Source: Hydrolagus colliei (Eukaryota). Taken from it: a DNA stretch of 64,000 nt. Under the pieces are notes generated by a model. That model was not told the DNA's origin, made no database searches, and saw only the letters and a list, made by a program, of their open reading frames with translations. The DNA lies in assembly GCA_035084275.1 (NCBI GenBank), contig CM068742.1, positions 154,690,001-154,754,000 of the forward strand. Reading direction: 5' to 3'. This document shows positions 60,212 through 64,000 of the stretch, piece after piece. The position numbers were made by a program, and so were the translations under genes. Position 1 is the stretch's first letter. Each line of letters starts with the position of its first letter.

Positions 60212-60406
60212 GTGAGGAACGATGGGAAGTGGGAATGAGACGTGATGATCCTCACTGGTGCCGGAGTCAGTGGGAAGTGTCTCGCCCAGGACGGGCAATA
60301 GGGAGCGAGTGTTCCCAGTGAAGGAAGGTGTGTAACAGGGGCTGGCAGGGACAGTGAGTGAGCGGCTGATGGAGGGAGGGCTGTGCTGTACACTGACCTG
60401 TCACTG

Positions 60407-63400
60407 AGAACCTGGAGGCCGAGGTGGCCTTGTTGTGGGCAAATGCCGCAGTATTGGATGAGAGGGTAGAGGAAATAGATCAAATTACTATAGACAGAGA
60501 GGAAGTTCTGAAAAGATTGACTGAGCTCAAAATTGATAAGTCACCAGGACCAAATGGGTTTCACCCAAGGTTGCTGTGGGAGATACTGATTCAAATAGCG
60601 GAGGCTCTGGCCATTATATTTCAATCTTCATTGGACACAGGAGTGGTGCCAAGAGACTGGAGAGTGGCTAATGTTACCCCCCTCCACAAAATGGGGTAGA
60701 AAGACAAACCCGGAAATTACAGGCCAGTCTTACTTTGGTAACAGGAAAACTACTGGAGACCATAATCCGGGACAGAATAAATCTCTATTTAGAGGAACAT
60801 AGAATCATAGAATCATAGAATCATAGAATTTTACGGCACAAAAGGAGGCCATTCGGCCCATCTAGTCTGTGCCGGCTCTTTGAAAAGAGCGATTCAATCC
60901 CATTGCCCTGCCCGCTCCCCATAGCCTAATAGACCCGTTCTTCCTAAATAAAGATCTAATTCCCTTTTAAAAGTTGTTATCGAATCAGCCTCCACCACCT
61001 TTTCAGGCAATGCATTCCAGATTTGAACAACTCGCTGAGTGAAAAAATTTCTCCTCAGCTCCCCTCTACTGCGCCTTGAAACTATTTTAAATCTGTGACC
61101 ACGAGTCACAGATTCACCCACGAGTGGAAATAGTTTTTCTCTATTTGCCCTGTCGAAACCCCTCATGATCTTATAAACCTCTATTAGGTCTCCCCTCAAT
61201 CTTCTCTGCTCCAGAGAGAATAACCCTAGCCTATCTAGCCTCTCCTCATAGCTGAAGTCCCTCAATCCTGGCACCATCCTAGTAAATCTTCGTTGTACCC
61301 TTTCCAATGCCTTCACATCCTTTCTGTAGTGTGGTGACCAGAATTGAACACAGTATTCCAGCTGAGGCCTCACCAAAGTCCTATAGAGGTTAGTCAGCAC
61401 TTCCTGACTTTTGTACTCTATACCCCTATTTATAAAGCCTAGTATCCCATATGCCTTCTTAACAGCCTTGTCTACCTGTCCTGCCACCTTCAACGAGTCA
61501 CTAACACAAATCCCCAGGTCTCTCTGTTCCTTCACACCATTTAAAATTGTACTATCTAGCCTATATTGCCTCCCTTCATTTCTTCTCCCAAAATGCATCA
61601 CCTCACACTTCTCTGCATTAAACTTCATCTGCCATGTGTCTGCCCACTTTACCAATTTGTCTATATCCTCTTGCAGATGGCTACTATCCTCCTCACTGTT
61701 TACTATTCTCCCTAACTTAGTGTCATCTGCAAACTTGGAAACTGTACTCCGTACACCCAAGTCCAGATCATTGATGTAGATTACAAAGAGCAATGGTCCC
61801 AAAACCGATCCCTGTGGCACACCACTGCTCACTTCCCTCCAATCTGAAAAACAGCCGCTCACTACAACTCTCTGCTTTCTGTCTCGCAGCCAGTTGTGGA
61901 TCCACGCTGCCACTGTCCCTTTTACGCCATGGGCCTTTAATTTCTTAATAAGTCTCTCATGTGGCACTTTGTCAAATGCCTTTTGAAAGTCCATGTAAAC
62001 TACATCAACTGCGCTACCATTATCCACCCATTCCGTTACCTCATCAAAAAATTCTATCAGATTTGTAAGGCAAGATTTGCCTTTAACAAATCCATGTTGA
62101 CTGTCCTTTATTAGCCTATATCTTTCTAAGTGAAGATCTACCTTGTCCCTGATTATGGACTCTAGAATTTTGCCCACTACCGACGTTAGACTGACTGGTC
62201 TGTAGTTACCAGGCTTGTCCTTCTGCCCCTTTTTATACAAGGGAGTAACATTAGCTATCCTCCAGTCCTCTGGCACGACCCCTGTGTCCAAGGAAGATTG
62301 AAAGATCGTGGCCAGAGTCCCTGCTATTTGCTCCCGTGCCTCACTTAGTAACCTAGGGTGCATCCCATCCGGACCAGGTGACTTATCCACCTTGAGCGAC
62401 GTCAACCTTTTTAGAACTTCCTCTCTGGTTATAATTATTCTATCCATTTCTCCTACCCTCTCCTCTAATACCATGGCATTGGCTGTATCATTTTCTTTTG
62501 TGAAGACAGAGGCGAAGTAATCATTCAGTACATCAGCCATGCCCTCTGCCTCCACAATGAGATTTCCTCCTAGGTCCCTAATTGGCCCCACCCTCTCCTT
62601 GACCAACCTTTTACTCTTAATATGTTGGTAAAAAACCTTAGGGTTCCCCTTAATCTTACTCGCTAATTGTTTTTCATGAGGTAACTAGAGGCAGACAACA
62701 TGGATTTGTTGAAGGCAAATCTTGCCTAACAAATCCAATAGAATTTTTTGAGGAGGCGACTGCGAGGGTTGCTGAGGGAAATGCGCTGGACGTTATTAAC
62801 ATGGATTTCAAAAAGGCTTTTGACACAGGACCGCAGAAGAGATTAATAAACAAATGAGAGGCCCACGGTATTAAGGGGATCGTGGCAGTTTGGAATAAGA
62901 ACTGGCTGAGTGACAGAAAGCAGAGGGTGGTGGTTAATGGGTGTTTCTCGAAATGGAAGGAGGTGAGCAGCGGTGACCCCCAGGGATCGGTATTGGGACC
63001 ACTGCTATTTCTAATATATATTAATCATCTGGACTTGGGCACAGAGAGCACTATTGCCAAGTTTGCAGATGATACAAAGTTAGGTAGGGTAGTAAATAGT
63101 GAGGAGGACTGTAACCAACTGCAAGCAGACAAACACAGATTGGTGGAATGGGCTGACATGTGGCAGATGGATTTTAATATGGATAAGTGTGAGGTGATAC
63201 ACTTGGGTAGGAAAAATGATAGGAGGCAATATAGACTCGGTAGCTCAATCTTAAGGGGGGTGAACGTACAGAGAGATCTGGGTGTTCAAGTAAGCGAATC
63301 ATTAAAGGAAGCAGGGCAGGTAGATAAGGCAGTAAACAAGGCATTTGGTGTACTGAGCTTTATTAGTAAAGGCATAGAGTATAAGAGTAGGGAGGTTATG

Positions 63401-63614
63401 GTTAATCTATACAAAACACTGGTTAGGCCTCAGCTGGAGTACTGTGTCCAGTTCTGAGCACCTTACTTCAGGAAGGACATTAAGGTACTGGAAAGGGTGC
63501 AGAGGAGACTCAAGAGAATAATACCAGGAATGGGGAACCTTAGCTATGAGGACAGGCTGGAGAAGTTTGGACTTTTCCCATTAGAGCAGAGAAGGTTACG
63601 CGAGGACCGGATAG
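60407..63614 (+). mobile_element. Older CR1 subfamily copy, interrupted by a younger CR1
   Basis: RT homology at 60424-60800 resumes in register at 62675 (YLEEH|EVTRGRQHGFV) and continues through [14 protein letters not shown]. Confidence 0.85.
60801..62674 (-). mobile_element. Young 5'-truncated CR1 with an uninterrupted RT ORF (570 aa)
   Basis: ORF 60894-62606 is open, with no endonuclease domain. (CATAGAAT)n tail at 60801. Confidence 0.95.
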
Positions 63615-63620
63615 ATACAA

Positions 63621-63793
63621 CTAATGAGCAGTGGGCAGTATTCAAAGAGGAGATATTTCAGGCACAGGTCAAAAGCATCCCCACAAAGGTGAAATGTAAG
63701 GCATCCAAACCTCACTGAATGACTAAGGCAATCGGGGCCAAAATAAACCAAAAAAAAGAGGCTTATAATAAGTGTCAGGCTCAAAATTCAGAA
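63621..63793 (+). mobile_element. Internal fragment of a young CR1
   Basis: Matches 49823-49995 ([17 protein letters not shown]). Confidence 0.85.
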
Positions 63794-64000
63794 TCATAGA
63801 ATCATAGAATCATAGAATTTTACGGCACAAAAGGAGGCCATTTGGCCCATCTAGTCTGTGCCGGCTCTTTGAAAAGAGCGATTCAATCCCACTGCCCTGC
63901 CCGCTCCCCATAGCCTAATAGACCCGTTCTCCCTAAATAAAGATCTAATTCCCTTTTAAAAGTTGTTATCGAATCAGCCTCCACCACCTTTTCAGGCAAT
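63790..64000 (-). mobile_element. 3' end of another young CR1 (runs off the window)
   Basis: (CATAGAAT)n tail and a 3' UTR near-identical to 60801-61010. Confidence 0.9.

Noticed and set aside
60894-62606. 570-aa RT ORF as an autonomous or domesticated gene
   Set aside because: It is a 5'-truncated CR1 lacking the endonuclease and promoter, and is near-identical to other young copies.

Overview
Eukaryotic (vertebrate) genomic DNA, probably a cartilaginous fish. That host call is inferred only from the CR1/HER1-type LINE 3' ends and the L2/tRNA-SINE content. The window is a tandem cluster, roughly 18-19 kb per unit, of a multi-exon Siglec-15-like immunoglobulin-superfamily receptor gene on the + strand. 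The architecture is leader - V1 (with the Siglec 'essential' Arg in CRVE/Q) - V2 (no Arg) - C2/stalk/TM - short cytoplasmic exons. I reconstructed the exons by hand from splice sites and phases. The order is: truncated unit psi0 (V1psi-V2-C stub), gene A, truncated unit psi1 (L-V1psi-V2-C stub), gene B, gene C, and the 5' part of gene D. Gene C has a neutral TM and a six-exon tail with two canonical ITIMs, one ITIM-like motif and a YxN motif, but its V1 exon carries a 1-nt frameshift. Genes A and B share a GGA->TGA stop in tail exon 2, lack two Tyr-motif exons, and carry Arg or Lys near the N-terminal end of the TM. The truncated units have a stop plus AATAAA just after V2. Together this looks like an inhibitory / activating / soluble paired-receptor system built on a Siglec-15-like two-V ectodomain. 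The rest of the window is CR1 and L2 LINE fragments, tRNA-derived SINEs, two possible DNA-transposon relics and simple repeats. Most short ORFs in the supplied track are spurious.
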